From contig OY780959.1 of assembly GCA_963675915.1 (NCBI GenBank), forward strand, positions 1,380,001 to 1,412,000: 32,000 bases of DNA, given 5' to 3'. Under the pieces are notes generated by a model. That model searched no databases and had not been told where the DNA came from. It was given only the letters and a program-made list of their open reading frames with translations. The position numbers were made by a program, and so were the translations under genes. Of the stretch, positions 17,599 through 25,626 are shown piece after piece. Source of the stretch: Coprobacillaceae bacterium. GTDB lineage: Bacteria > Bacillota_I > Bacilli_A > Erysipelotrichales > Coprobacillaceae. Each line of letters starts with the position of its first letter. Positions within the stretch are counted from its first letter, which is position 1.

Positions 17599-17787
17599 CT
17601 ACTTGATGTTTTTCAAACGGACCTTGGCATCCTCGATACTTTCACCATCCTGGGTCAAGAAAGCATCAACGAATTTATCTTCGACTTTGAGATGAGTATT
17701 CACCACGCTGTCTTCAATCTTTTTGTAAGTTCCCACTACCGCTTTTTCAATTTTTTTGTTTGCTTTTACTAGTTTTGATTTAGCCAT
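17599..17787 (-). CDS. Small 62-aa protein with three 11-residue repeats, function unknown
   Basis: The repeats are KKIEKAVVGTY / KKIEDSVVNTH / LKVEDKFVDAF. AAGGAGG lies before the ATG. Confidence 0.65.
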   Translation of the reverse strand: MAKSKLVKANKKIEKAVVGTYKKIEDSVVNTHLKVEDKFVDAFLTQDGESIEDAKVRLKNIK

Positions 17788-17800
17788 TTTTCTTTCCTCC

Positions 17801-18169
17801 TTATTTTAAACCGATACACATTGGAATCAGACCAAACAGTAAGATAATCCCCACTAATCCGACTACAATCCCCCCGACAGTCAAATCCCAGATCATGATC
17901 ATGCACATCCCGGTTCCCAGAACCAAAGTTCCCACGATCCCGTAGACGATTTTTCCAATCAGTTTCCAGTCAGGGCTACCAAATTTCTTACCATCACTGA
18001 TATGACGGACAATTGCCAAAGCCAGTAGTTCGATTGCACCAATTGCGGTTACCACCACTCCGGCATTATAGGCATTCCATTCCGGGATCAAACACATGCA
18101 CATCCCGATTCCAAACAATAAACCACCAATCACTCCCAATTCAAGAGTTATAAAATTTTTCTTTACCAT
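17801..18169 (-). CDS. 4-TM membrane protein made of two GxGMCM TM-hairpin repeats, function unknown
   Basis: The two hairpins are GGLLFGIGMCMCLI... and GTLVLGTGMCMIMI.... I set the start at ATG 18169 (MVKKN), 9 nt after GGAGG. The track start at 18205 has no SD. Confidence 0.65.
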   Translation of the reverse strand: MVKKNFITLELGVIGGLLFGIGMCMCLIPEWNAYNAGVVVTAIGAIELLALAIVRHISDGKKFGSPDWKLIGKIVYGIVGTLVLGTGMCMIMIWDLTVGGIVVGLVGIILLFGLIPMCIGLK

Positions 18170-18216
18170 AATTAATTTCCTCCAAAAATAGATTATGTCT
18201 TTCATTTGACAAGACT

Positions 18217-18270
18217 ATTCTAACGCTTAGATGTTTATATGGTTTTGTTGAAATGTTTATGAAATGTTAA
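18217..18270 (-). promoter_or_regulatory. Four 11-nt phased direct repeats plus a TAGAAT -10 upstream of the 4-TM gene
   Basis: The minus strand reads TTAACATTTCA TAAACATTTCA ACAAAACCATA TAAACATCTAA GCGT TAGAAT. Confidence 0.5.
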
Positions 18271-18285
18271 TTATCAAAGCAAACT

Positions 18286-18324
18286 AAAAGGACTTCATCC
18301 GGCAAACATCGGAAAAGTCCTTTT
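18286..18324 (-). terminator. Intrinsic terminator after the 100-aa hypothetical gene
   Basis: AAAAGGACTT / AAGTCCTTTT form a 10-bp stem. A T-rich run follows on the minus strand. Confidence 0.55.
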
Positions 18325-18369
18325 AGCAAAGATATAAAAGAAGATTAGAAATGGAGAACTTTAAAGGGA

Positions 18370-18672
18370 TTATCCAATCACTTTTTTGAAGGCATTTTCC
18401 ATGTCTTCATAGGATTTTTTATCCTCTTCAAATATTGTTGAGATAGTTTTGCCACTCAGCCCATGATAATTTTCGATGAAATGATTGATTTCATCACTTT
18501 TTGAAGTTTCCTTATGCGAAAGAATATTCGCCATTGCGGTATAAGGATCTTCACTGATATCATCTGCAGTCGCAATTCCCAAGAAGGTTGCCCCTTGGGA
18601 AAAATTATATTTGGCTCTTAAATATTCCAACAAATCCATAGCTTTCGCTTGATAATCAGATGTAGCGGTCAT
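18370..18672 (-). CDS. Hypothetical cytoplasmic protein (100 aa)
   Basis: AAAGGAGG SD before the ATG. I recognised no motif. Confidence 0.55.
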   Translation of the reverse strand: MTATSDYQAKAMDLLEYLRAKYNFSQGATFLGIATADDISEDPYTAMANILSHKETSKSDEINHFIENYHGLSGKTISTIFEEDKKSYEDMENAFKKVIG

Positions 18673-18865
18673 GACTTAAATACCTCCTTTCGTTATTATC
18701 ATTATACACCTTAATTACACAATTTTGAATTTAAATGAATATAAAAACTCTTACGATCAAAAATCGAAAAATTCTAAGCGGTTTTGGGATTTGGTAATTT
18801 CCGGATTCAAGGGGTGGCCGAATTATTCCATGATCATAATTTGGAACTTATTCAACCGATTATTA

Positions 18866-19594
18866 TTATTTTATTTCCGGGTAGACGAGGTTTTCGACTT
18901 TAGTCCAAAAACTGCTGCCACCAGCGGTGGACATCATTACGTAATCATCCTGATAAGCCTCAATCATCCCAACTAGAGACTCGGCCTCGCTGTAGGGGGC
19001 ATTATCGTCTTCAAGAGGACTGGTTTCTTCATAGATTCTCGAGCCGTCTTTGACTGCTACCGGGCTGACGACATCTTGTTGGTTTTGAGCTGTGTACGGT
19101 TCGGTTTTTTCGACTCTGATCCAGCCTTTGGTATTCATTGGGGTATCGTAGACGGTGACTTCCACATAGTACCAATAACGGTCACTGTTTATCTCTTCTT
19201 CTGTCTGGAGCTGGACCTTGTCCAATACTTTGACCAAGGAGTTCGCAAAGACAATGTTGACATCCATGGCACTATCATAAGGCAGCATTTTGATATAGGA
19301 TTCATATTCGACATAAACATAGAAATCGGGATTATCCCCCAGGTAACCATACGTAATCACTGGTGGAAACTGATCAGATTGCCCTTTAAAAAGCTCCTCC
19401 TTAAGTTCAGCAATCTCTTCTTCCAATAATGTTACATGTTCATTGGAGGAATTCAGCTCTGCCTGCAGTTCGTTACTGTGCACCTTCAGGTTATCGAGTT
19501 CTTCTTGAAGAGCGGTATCGCTGCATCCCGCAAGGGAAATTGCCATGAATCCTGATAGTACCAAAGCAAATGATATTTTGCAATATTTTTTCAT
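18866..19594 (-). CDS. Lipoprotein with an N-terminal coiled-coil segment, function unknown
   Basis: I set the start at ATG 19594 (MKKYCKISFALVLSGFMAISLAGC, lipobox LAGC) behind AAGGAGG. The track start at 19627 lies inside the IS inverted repeat. Confidence 0.7.
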   Translation of the reverse strand: MKKYCKISFALVLSGFMAISLAGCSDTALQEELDNLKVHSNELQAELNSSNEHVTLLEEEIAELKEELFKGQSDQFPPVITYGYLGDNPDFYVYVEYESYIKMLPYDSAMDVNIVFANSLVKVLDKVQLQTEEEINSDRYWYYVEVTVYDTPMNTKGWIRVEKTEPYTAQNQQDVVSPVAVKDGSRIYEETSPLEDDNAPYSEAESLVGMIEAYQDDYVMMSTAGGSSFWTKVENLVYPEIK

Positions 19595-19608
19595 TTTAAC
19601 ACCTCCTT

Positions 19609-19616
19609 TAGATAAT
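19609..19616. repeat. Left 8-bp target-site duplication TAGATAAT
   Basis: Identical octamer at 21290-21297, immediately outside the two inverted repeats. Confidence 0.85.
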
Positions 19617-21289
19617 GGTAGTGTCAAAACCAGTTAGTTATTTATAGCTTTAAATAACTGGTAAACCGCATTCTACCTAGGTTTTTTATCTATTTTAGTC
19701 GCTCCCCTCCGGAATCGACATATAACTTAGCCATTTCAATATACAAAAAAGGCAATAGCTCCTATAATTGTAAGTGACAAAACCACAAGTAAAGGAGAAC
19801 TATTACCATGGCTAAGATTATATCACTAATTATCAAATTATTGAATATTGTCAATAAAATTTCTTTCAAATTCGAATGCTTTTTGATGAAATTTCTTCCC
19901 AAAGATCCTGATACTTTAATAATGGGCGAACAATACCGCAAATTCAAAGTTGATCCGGTTCCTCTCATCAAAGAAGAAAATCTTCCAATCACATTCTCTA
20001 AAGCTGTTGAAATCTACAAATCAAAGCATAACGGTCGCTCGCCCAAACCTATAAATAGACGAGTTCCTTTAAACATACCCAAAGATACTGTCTGCCCTCA
20101 CTGCGGTGCTCCTTACGAATATCTTTATGACAACAGATCCGGAAAAATCTCCCAGCAGTGTCGCTGCAAGGTTTGTGATACAACTTTTATTCCCGGGAAA
20201 CCTTATATCCAACAAGTTGCACATCACTGTCCTTACTGCGGTCGGAAACTCGACCCTCATCATGTCAGAGATCATTTCACAGTATATCGATGCTCAAACA
20301 GGGAATGCACCTACTACAAACACAATATCCGCTCCCTTAGTAAACAAGAGAAAAAGCTATACAAGAAGAATCCATCCGCTTTCAAACTTCGCTATATTAC
20401 TAGGGTTTTTAGTGCGTCCATAGAACAACTAGAACAGCTCCAGGCGACTATTACCCCTTCAAGAGTTCAACTATCCAGAATCAAAAATTCTAAGGAAATA
20501 CTAGGTTTAATCCTCACGTATCACATCAATTATGGACTATCCCTAAGAAAAACTGCATTGATTCTCAAAGAAGTACATGATGTCGATGTATCTCACCAAA
20601 CCGTTGCCAATTACGCCGAAGCGGCAAGCTGTCTAATCAACCCCTGGTTAGACAATTACCAATACGGTGAATTGACACCAGATCAATGCGGTGATGAAAC
20701 CTACGTTAAAATCAACGGTAACAAAGCCTATGTCTTTTTCATGTGTGACAGCATCAAGAAGATAATCACTTCATATAATATCTTTATGAAAAGAGATACC
20801 TTTTCAGCTATCCAAGCCTACTATTCAGTACTCAGAAAGTTTACCGCCATTCCCGAAGGCTTGAGTTTTGTAGTTGATGGCAATCCAATCTATCTTGCCG
20901 CTCAACAATATTTCCTATTGCAAGACAGGAAATTCAAAGTCCATCAGGTAATAGGTTTAGAAAACAAGGATGAAGCTTCAAAGATTTACCGACCTCAAAA
21001 GCAGATAATTGAAAGATTGAACAGAACATTCAAGTTTTCTTATTACGTAAAGAATGGATTTGCGGATTTAAACAAAGCAAATGAATTCATGTGTCTGTTT
21101 ACCACATACTTTAATTTCCTCAGGAAGCATAGTTCTTTGGAATACAGTCCTCCAGTTAAACTGGAATCATTCGAAGGTGTGACCAACATGCCTAGAAAAT
21201 GGAATATGATTATCGCTATGGCCAATGATTACATCATCAACAACTCCATAACAAATTAATCATACTTTTCATACCTGTTTGACACTACC
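19617..21289 (+). mobile_element. Complete IS6 (IS26)-family-like insertion sequence, 1673 bp
   Basis: Terminal inverted repeats GGTAGTGTCAAA (19617-19628) and TTTGACACTACC (21278-21289), a single transposase gene and flanking 8-bp direct repeats. Confidence 0.8.
19808..21259 (+). CDS. DDE transposase, IS6-family-like, with an N-terminal double zinc-finger extension
   Basis: Catalytic-region motifs GDETYVKINGNKAY, VVDGNPIY and QIIERLNRTFK match the IS26-type DETYVKVNG / TDKxxxY / NxxIE pattern. The N-terminus has CPHCG...CRCKVC and CPYCG...CSNREC. Confidence 0.75.
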   Translation: MAKIISLIIKLLNIVNKISFKFECFLMKFLPKDPDTLIMGEQYRKFKVDPVPLIKEENLPITFSKAVEIYKSKHNGRSPKPINRRVPLNIPKDTVCPHCGAPYEYLYDNRSGKISQQCRCKVCDTTFIPGKPYIQQVAHHCPYCGRKLDPHHVRDHFTVYRCSNRECTYYKHNIRSLSKQEKKLYKKNPSAFKLRYITRVFSASIEQLEQLQATITPSRVQLSRIKNSKEILGLILTYHINYGLSLRKTALILKEVHDVDVSHQTVANYAEAASCLINPWLDNYQYGELTPDQCGDETYVKINGNKAYVFFMCDSIKKIITSYNIFMKRDTFSAIQAYYSVLRKFTAIPEGLSFVVDGNPIYLAAQQYFLLQDRKFKVHQVIGLENKDEASKIYRPQKQIIERLNRTFKFSYYVKNGFADLNKANEFMCLFTTYFNFLRKHSSLEYSPPVKLESFEGVTNMPRKWNMIIAMANDYIINNSITN

Positions 21290-21297
21290 TAGATAAT
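21290..21297. repeat. Right 8-bp target-site duplication TAGATAAT
   Basis: See the left copy at 19609-19616. Confidence 0.85.
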
Positions 21298-21310
21298 CTC
21301 TCTATAATCA

Positions 21311-21340
21311 ATTATAATCACAGCATCGCAACTATTTCAA
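21311..21340 (-). promoter_or_regulatory. Orphaned promoter TTGAAA-18-TATAAT, likely the pre-insertion promoter of the lipoprotein gene
   Basis: On the minus strand, TTGAAA is at 21340-21335 and TATAAT at 21316-21311. It lies 13 nt outside the right target duplication and points toward the IS. Confidence 0.45.
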
Positions 21341-21474
21341 TCGTTATAGTAAGCTCGATCCCCGTTAAACTGATATTATATTAAGTAGTAGCAATATTAC
21401 CACCAAATTTGCTGATCAGCCATTAAAAATCGCTATTGCCAGATATCAACCCTGTTTGAGATAATAAATATTAA

Positions 21475-21522
21475 AAGCCATAGAATCTTAGAAACTTGAT
21501 TGTTTCATAGATTCTATGGCTT
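21475..21522 (-). terminator. Terminator hairpin downstream of the second adenine deaminase
   Basis: 14-bp perfect stem AAGCCATAGAATCT/AGATTCTATGGCTT with a 20-nt loop. An A/U-rich tail follows on the minus strand. Confidence 0.55.
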
Positions 21523-21652
21523 AAATTAAATCTTAATGATTGATTTATGACTAGCCGTTCGATCCTGTGTACTATAGCCGGTATCATACTATTTTATCGA
21601 TTTGGCTAGGGTGCAGAAAATAATTATTCTATGGATTCGATTTATTTTCAAC

Positions 21653-23425
21653 TTAGCTAGCTAATAGTGGGATGATTTCTTTTTTCATCACATCTACCAG
21701 ACCCAAGTCAGACATTTTCACATCAGGAATAACCGGAAGTGCCAGAGTTACAATTCGTAAAAGTGAATTTTCCATTTCTGTCAATCCAATATTTTTAATA
21801 GCCTCTTTCATTTTACGGTTATCCTCAGCTAAGTCCTCTGCTGATTTTAATGACATCAATCCGGCTAATTTCAACTCTAAAGTATATGAAACTTGTCTAT
21901 CTTTTATGACAGTCATTCCCCCACCACATCCAATTAATGTTTGCGCAGCTAAAAGTGCTTCCTGACAATCATCATACACTATTGTAAGATTATGGCTGTC
22001 ATGGGAGATTGTTGAGGCCCACGCTCCCTTATCAATGCCAAATCCTTTCACTACTCCTAAGCCAATTGTATCATGACCTTTATGTCTATTGATTATAGCA
22101 ACAAATTTCAAGTCATCATCCAAAATAAATTTCCCATTTTCAACCTTGACCTCAATTTCTTCCAGAACAGTTTTGGCGTTTTGAAGATTATCATAGCTCA
22201 TAACATTAACTTTAAGAGATCCTTGGGTAATTGGCAGTTTGATTTGGAAATCCTCAATTGATAAATCTTTTACAAACATTGAATTCTTGGATTCTAGCGG
22301 ATATGATTCCTCGGCGATATCGACTGTCAATTTGCCACTTTTTGCCACGATTTTTCCATTGCAAAGCACATATTCAGGTTTCAGTTCCTCAAGCGAATCA
22401 ACTAAAATCAGATCTGCCGCATAACCTGGAGCAATAGCTCCCAAATTTTCAATATGGATTTCCCTAGCAGTGTTCAATGTTGCACTTTTGATTGCTGTCA
22501 CCGGATCCATACCACATTTTATCGCCGCTCTGACTACGTCATTGACATGCCCTTTGTGAATCAAATCGTCTGCCTCTCGATCATCGGTACAGAAGCATAA
22601 ATTATCGAAGAATTTTACATTCTTCACTCCCTGCCATATTTCATTTACGTTTTCCAATATGGATGAGTTTCTTGCATCAACAAACATCCCATTTCTCAAC
22701 TTTTCAAGTGCTTCTGTGCTTGTACTTGTCTCATGGCAAGTATTTGGTCCACCACAAAGGTAAGCTGACAGATTCCCGTCACTCAAATAAGGCGCATGTC
22801 CCTGCAAATATAGATTTTTTGCTTCGGCCATATCAATTTTTTTCATCATGTCATCTTCTCCGTTCATAACGGCAAGAAAATCCATAACTTCTGCCAAGCC
22901 TATCACTCGCTCAAGATCTGCCAGTTCCTCAATTTCTTTTTCCGTAAATACGGCCCCGCTGTTCTCCATACCCGGAGCCGCCGGAACGCAACTTGGAACA
23001 TTGATGAATTGGCGCATCGGTAGATTTTCAGAAGAATCGTACATATACCTGACTCCCTCGAGACCCCATACATTTGCTATTTCATGCGGATCTGTCACAA
23101 TAGTTGTTGTTCCATGGGGAATAACAACTTTTGCAAAGTTGCGAGGTGTCATCATCGAACTTTCAATATGAATATGGGCATCAATAAATCCAGGTATCAA
23201 ATACCGCCCTTTTGCGTCAATCACATGATCGGCCTGATGTTTCTCGCTAGCCAAGTCTTTCCACTCAACATGAGAAATCATATTATCCAGAATATATACA
23301 TGTGCTAAATATATCTCTCCAGTTATGACGTTAACAAGATTGGCATTCTTTATCACAGTATCTGAATTTATCATCCCTAATGCTGCTTTCAACAGTTTTT
23401 TTCTATCTTTTGTTTTAATCTTCAC
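21653..23425 (-). CDS. ade: Adenine deaminase (copy 2)
   Basis: Contains GFIDAHIHIESSM and DPHEIANV and is 590 aa, colinear with copy 1. GTG start behind AGGAG. Confidence 0.8.
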   Translation of the reverse strand: MKIKTKDRKKLLKAALGMINSDTVIKNANLVNVITGEIYLAHVYILDNMISHVEWKDLASEKHQADHVIDAKGRYLIPGFIDAHIHIESSMMTPRNFAKVVIPHGTTTIVTDPHEIANVWGLEGVRYMYDSSENLPMRQFINVPSCVPAAPGMENSGAVFTEKEIEELADLERVIGLAEVMDFLAVMNGEDDMMKKIDMAEAKNLYLQGHAPYLSDGNLSAYLCGGPNTCHETSTSTEALEKLRNGMFVDARNSSILENVNEIWQGVKNVKFFDNLCFCTDDREADDLIHKGHVNDVVRAAIKCGMDPVTAIKSATLNTAREIHIENLGAIAPGYAADLILVDSLEELKPEYVLCNGKIVAKSGKLTVDIAEESYPLESKNSMFVKDLSIEDFQIKLPITQGSLKVNVMSYDNLQNAKTVLEEIEVKVENGKFILDDDLKFVAIINRHKGHDTIGLGVVKGFGIDKGAWASTISHDSHNLTIVYDDCQEALLAAQTLIGCGGGMTVIKDRQVSYTLELKLAGLMSLKSAEDLAEDNRKMKEAIKNIGLTEMENSLLRIVTLALPVIPDVKMSDLGLVDVMKKEIIPLLAS

Positions 23426-23448
23426 GATAATGCTCCTGTAAAACTTGA

Positions 23449-24780
23449 TTACATAACTACAAAATAAAGAATCAGAGGAATCGCTAGGATATAGAGAATC
23501 GGATGAACCTCTTTGAATCTTCCTGTAAATACTTTAATAAATACATGGGCCAAAATACCTGCTGAAATACCTCCGGCAATAGCTCCGCCAAATATTGTGA
23601 ACATGATCATTATGAAAGGTCCAAATACATCGCTAAAATCAGAAAAATCGACATCTTGAATTCCTTCAATCATCAAAAATCCTACAAATATCAAAGCTGG
23701 TCCAGTCGCAGCGTTTGGGATCATCATTACAAGTGGTGAAAGAAAAACCATTGTTCCAAACAGGATAGCAGTTATCAAACTCGTAAACCCTGTTTTACCA
23801 CCTGCTTCAACACCGGCACTTGATTCAATAAAAGTTGTTATAGTTGTATTTCCGGTAAGAGCACCGATACATGTTCCGATTGCATCTACCATGAATGGTT
23901 TTTGGATATCTTTGACCTCACCATTTTCATCCAACATATCGGCTTTTGCACTTACCCCAAGAATTGTTCCCAATGTTGAAAAGAAATCTCCAAAAAAGGC
24001 AATAAAAATAATGGTTATCGCAGATGCACTAGTTACCGCTTTCCAATCCAAATTAAAAACAATATCACTCATTCCACTTACATCTGGAACTTTAGCAAAT
24101 GTAGATGGTAATGTTGTTACCCCAAAAGGTATACCAATAATTGTAATAGCGGCGATACCTATCAAAATAGCTCCCCGTACTTTAAAAGCTGTCAAGACAC
24201 CAATAACCAACAAGCCCAAAATCGCTAAATATACTGACGGGTTGGAAAAATCTCCCATTGAAATTCCATTTTGAAAATTTCCGATTCCGGAATTATTAAA
24301 ACCAAGATATGCTATATAAAATCCGATTGCAGTTCCGATAGCTACTTTTATGTTCTTGGGTATCGCTTTTACGACGATATTTCTAACCCCAAATGCGGTC
24401 AGAATAACAAATATAATCCCAGAAATCAATGTCATAGCCATTGCCCCGCCAAATGAAATCAGTTGGCTTTGGATCAATGCCCCAAACATAAAATTGCTTC
24501 CCATTCCCGTTGATAAAGCAAATGGCAAGTCTGCATATAATGCCATTAACAGCGTTGTTAATGCACTTATCAATGCACATGAGACGATAATTGCCTCTTT
24601 TGAGATAACAACACCATTCACATCGATAATTGATGCTTCGGCCCCATACCCTAAAATTGCCCCCGGTTGCACGACCAAAACATAAGCCATCGTCATGAAA
24701 GTTGTAATTCCGGCAACTAATTCCGTTTTGAAATTTGTCTGTTTCTCTTTAAATCCGAAAAAATTTGCTACTGTTTTCAT
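23449..24780 (-). CDS. NCS2-family (AzgA/PbuG-like) purine permease
   Basis: 443 aa with about 12-13 TM segments. The N-terminal FKTELVAGITTFMTMAYVLVVQP pattern is typical of adenine/guanine/hypoxanthine permeases. GGAGGAG SD. Confidence 0.75.
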   Translation of the reverse strand: MKTVANFFGFKEKQTNFKTELVAGITTFMTMAYVLVVQPGAILGYGAEASIIDVNGVVISKEAIIVSCALISALTTLLMALYADLPFALSTGMGSNFMFGALIQSQLISFGGAMAMTLISGIIFVILTAFGVRNIVVKAIPKNIKVAIGTAIGFYIAYLGFNNSGIGNFQNGISMGDFSNPSVYLAILGLLVIGVLTAFKVRGAILIGIAAITIIGIPFGVTTLPSTFAKVPDVSGMSDIVFNLDWKAVTSASAITIIFIAFFGDFFSTLGTILGVSAKADMLDENGEVKDIQKPFMVDAIGTCIGALTGNTTITTFIESSAGVEAGGKTGFTSLITAILFGTMVFLSPLVMMIPNAATGPALIFVGFLMIEGIQDVDFSDFSDVFGPFIMIMFTIFGGAIAGGISAGILAHVFIKVFTGRFKEVHPILYILAIPLILYFVVM

Positions 24781-24844
24781 ATTCTCCTCCTCTAAAAAAG
24801 ATGTCTACACTAATGCGCGGACACCTTAGCCAATAATATATATC

Positions 24845-24862
24845 AAAAGGTAATTACCTTTT
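24845..24862. promoter_or_regulatory. Perfect 18-bp palindrome AAAAGGTAATTACCTTTT between the regulator and permease genes
   Basis: Read directly. It shares a GGTAAT core with the palindrome at 25627-25645 and overlaps the regulator stop codon. Confidence 0.35.
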
Positions 24863-25613
24863 AATAACTCTCATATCCTCTTATCAAGTTATAGCGAATC
24901 CGATTTGTATCATAATATGTAATCCCACAATCAATTGGTTGATTTTCCTGATTATAAAGAAGACCGGAAGTGCGAAGTAAAACTTCATTTTTCATTAATC
25001 CAAAATGTTCTGTGTCTTCTTTCATTTTATTTATCCCAACAGCTTCAATCTCTATCTGACCTCGATTTACAATGATATTGCACTGAGATTTCAGAATATT
25101 AAAAAATGACTCTTCTCCCCATTGCTCCATAGTAGGGACTTGCGTAAATAGTTTTCTTGGCAATATATCAATACAGTAAATTGCAGGGTGCTCGTCTGCA
25201 TAATATATGGTTTCTAATCTAACCACGTTTTCCCCTTTTTGAAGTTTAAGCGTTTGTCTAACTTCTAAAGATGCCTCTATTTCTTCTACACAGACAATTC
25301 TGACTTTAGCTTCATATCCACTTCTTTCAACAATACGTCTGAATTCTATCCCAGGTATTAATGGTACATTGATTTGTACAGCTACCCGATTGATAAAGGT
25401 TCCTTTTCCCTGTTTACGTAAAACGATTCCCTCCTGCTCCAAATCATCCAATACTCTCCTAATTGTAACTCTGCTGACACCAAACATTTCGGCAAGCTTT
25501 GTCTCCGGCGGTAGTTTTTCATCTGTAGTTGAATTTTGAGAATATATGTATTCTTTGAGTGCTTTTTTTACATCATCACTTAATGATCTTTTTACTACTG
25601 GGTATGTCTTCAT
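24861..25613 (-). CDS. GntR-family regulator, HutC subfamily (UTRA-type C-terminal domain)
   Basis: wHTH LPPETKLAEMFGVSRVTIRRVLDDLEQEGIV. I set the start at ATG 25613 (MKTYPV), 4 nt after GGAGG. The track start at 25646 lies in the operator palindrome. Confidence 0.8.
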   Translation of the reverse strand: MKTYPVVKRSLSDDVKKALKEYIYSQNSTTDEKLPPETKLAEMFGVSRVTIRRVLDDLEQEGIVLRKQGKGTFINRVAVQINVPLIPGIEFRRIVERSGYEAKVRIVCVEEIEASLEVRQTLKLQKGENVVRLETIYYADEHPAIYCIDILPRKLFTQVPTMEQWGEESFFNILKSQCNIIVNRGQIEIEAVGINKMKEDTEHFGLMKNEVLLRTSGLLYNQENQPIDCGITYYDTNRIRYNLIRGYESY

Positions 25614-25626
25614 TCTTCCTCCAAAT

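Noticed and set aside
19617-19630. Hybrid promoter from the left IS end driving the lipoprotein gene
   Set aside because: The outward TTGACA is followed within 17 nt by the SD itself, and no -10 hexamer fits. A transcript from here could not include the ribosome-binding site.
19762-19992. 76-aa minus-strand ORF inside the IS element
   Set aside because: It is antisense to the transposase 5' end, has no SD, and probably arises by chance in AT-rich sequence.
21551-21570. T-loop-like GTTCGATCC that could indicate a tRNA
   Set aside because: The flanking bases do not form a T-stem, and I could not draw an acceptor/anticodon cloverleaf. It should still be confirmed with tRNAscan-SE.
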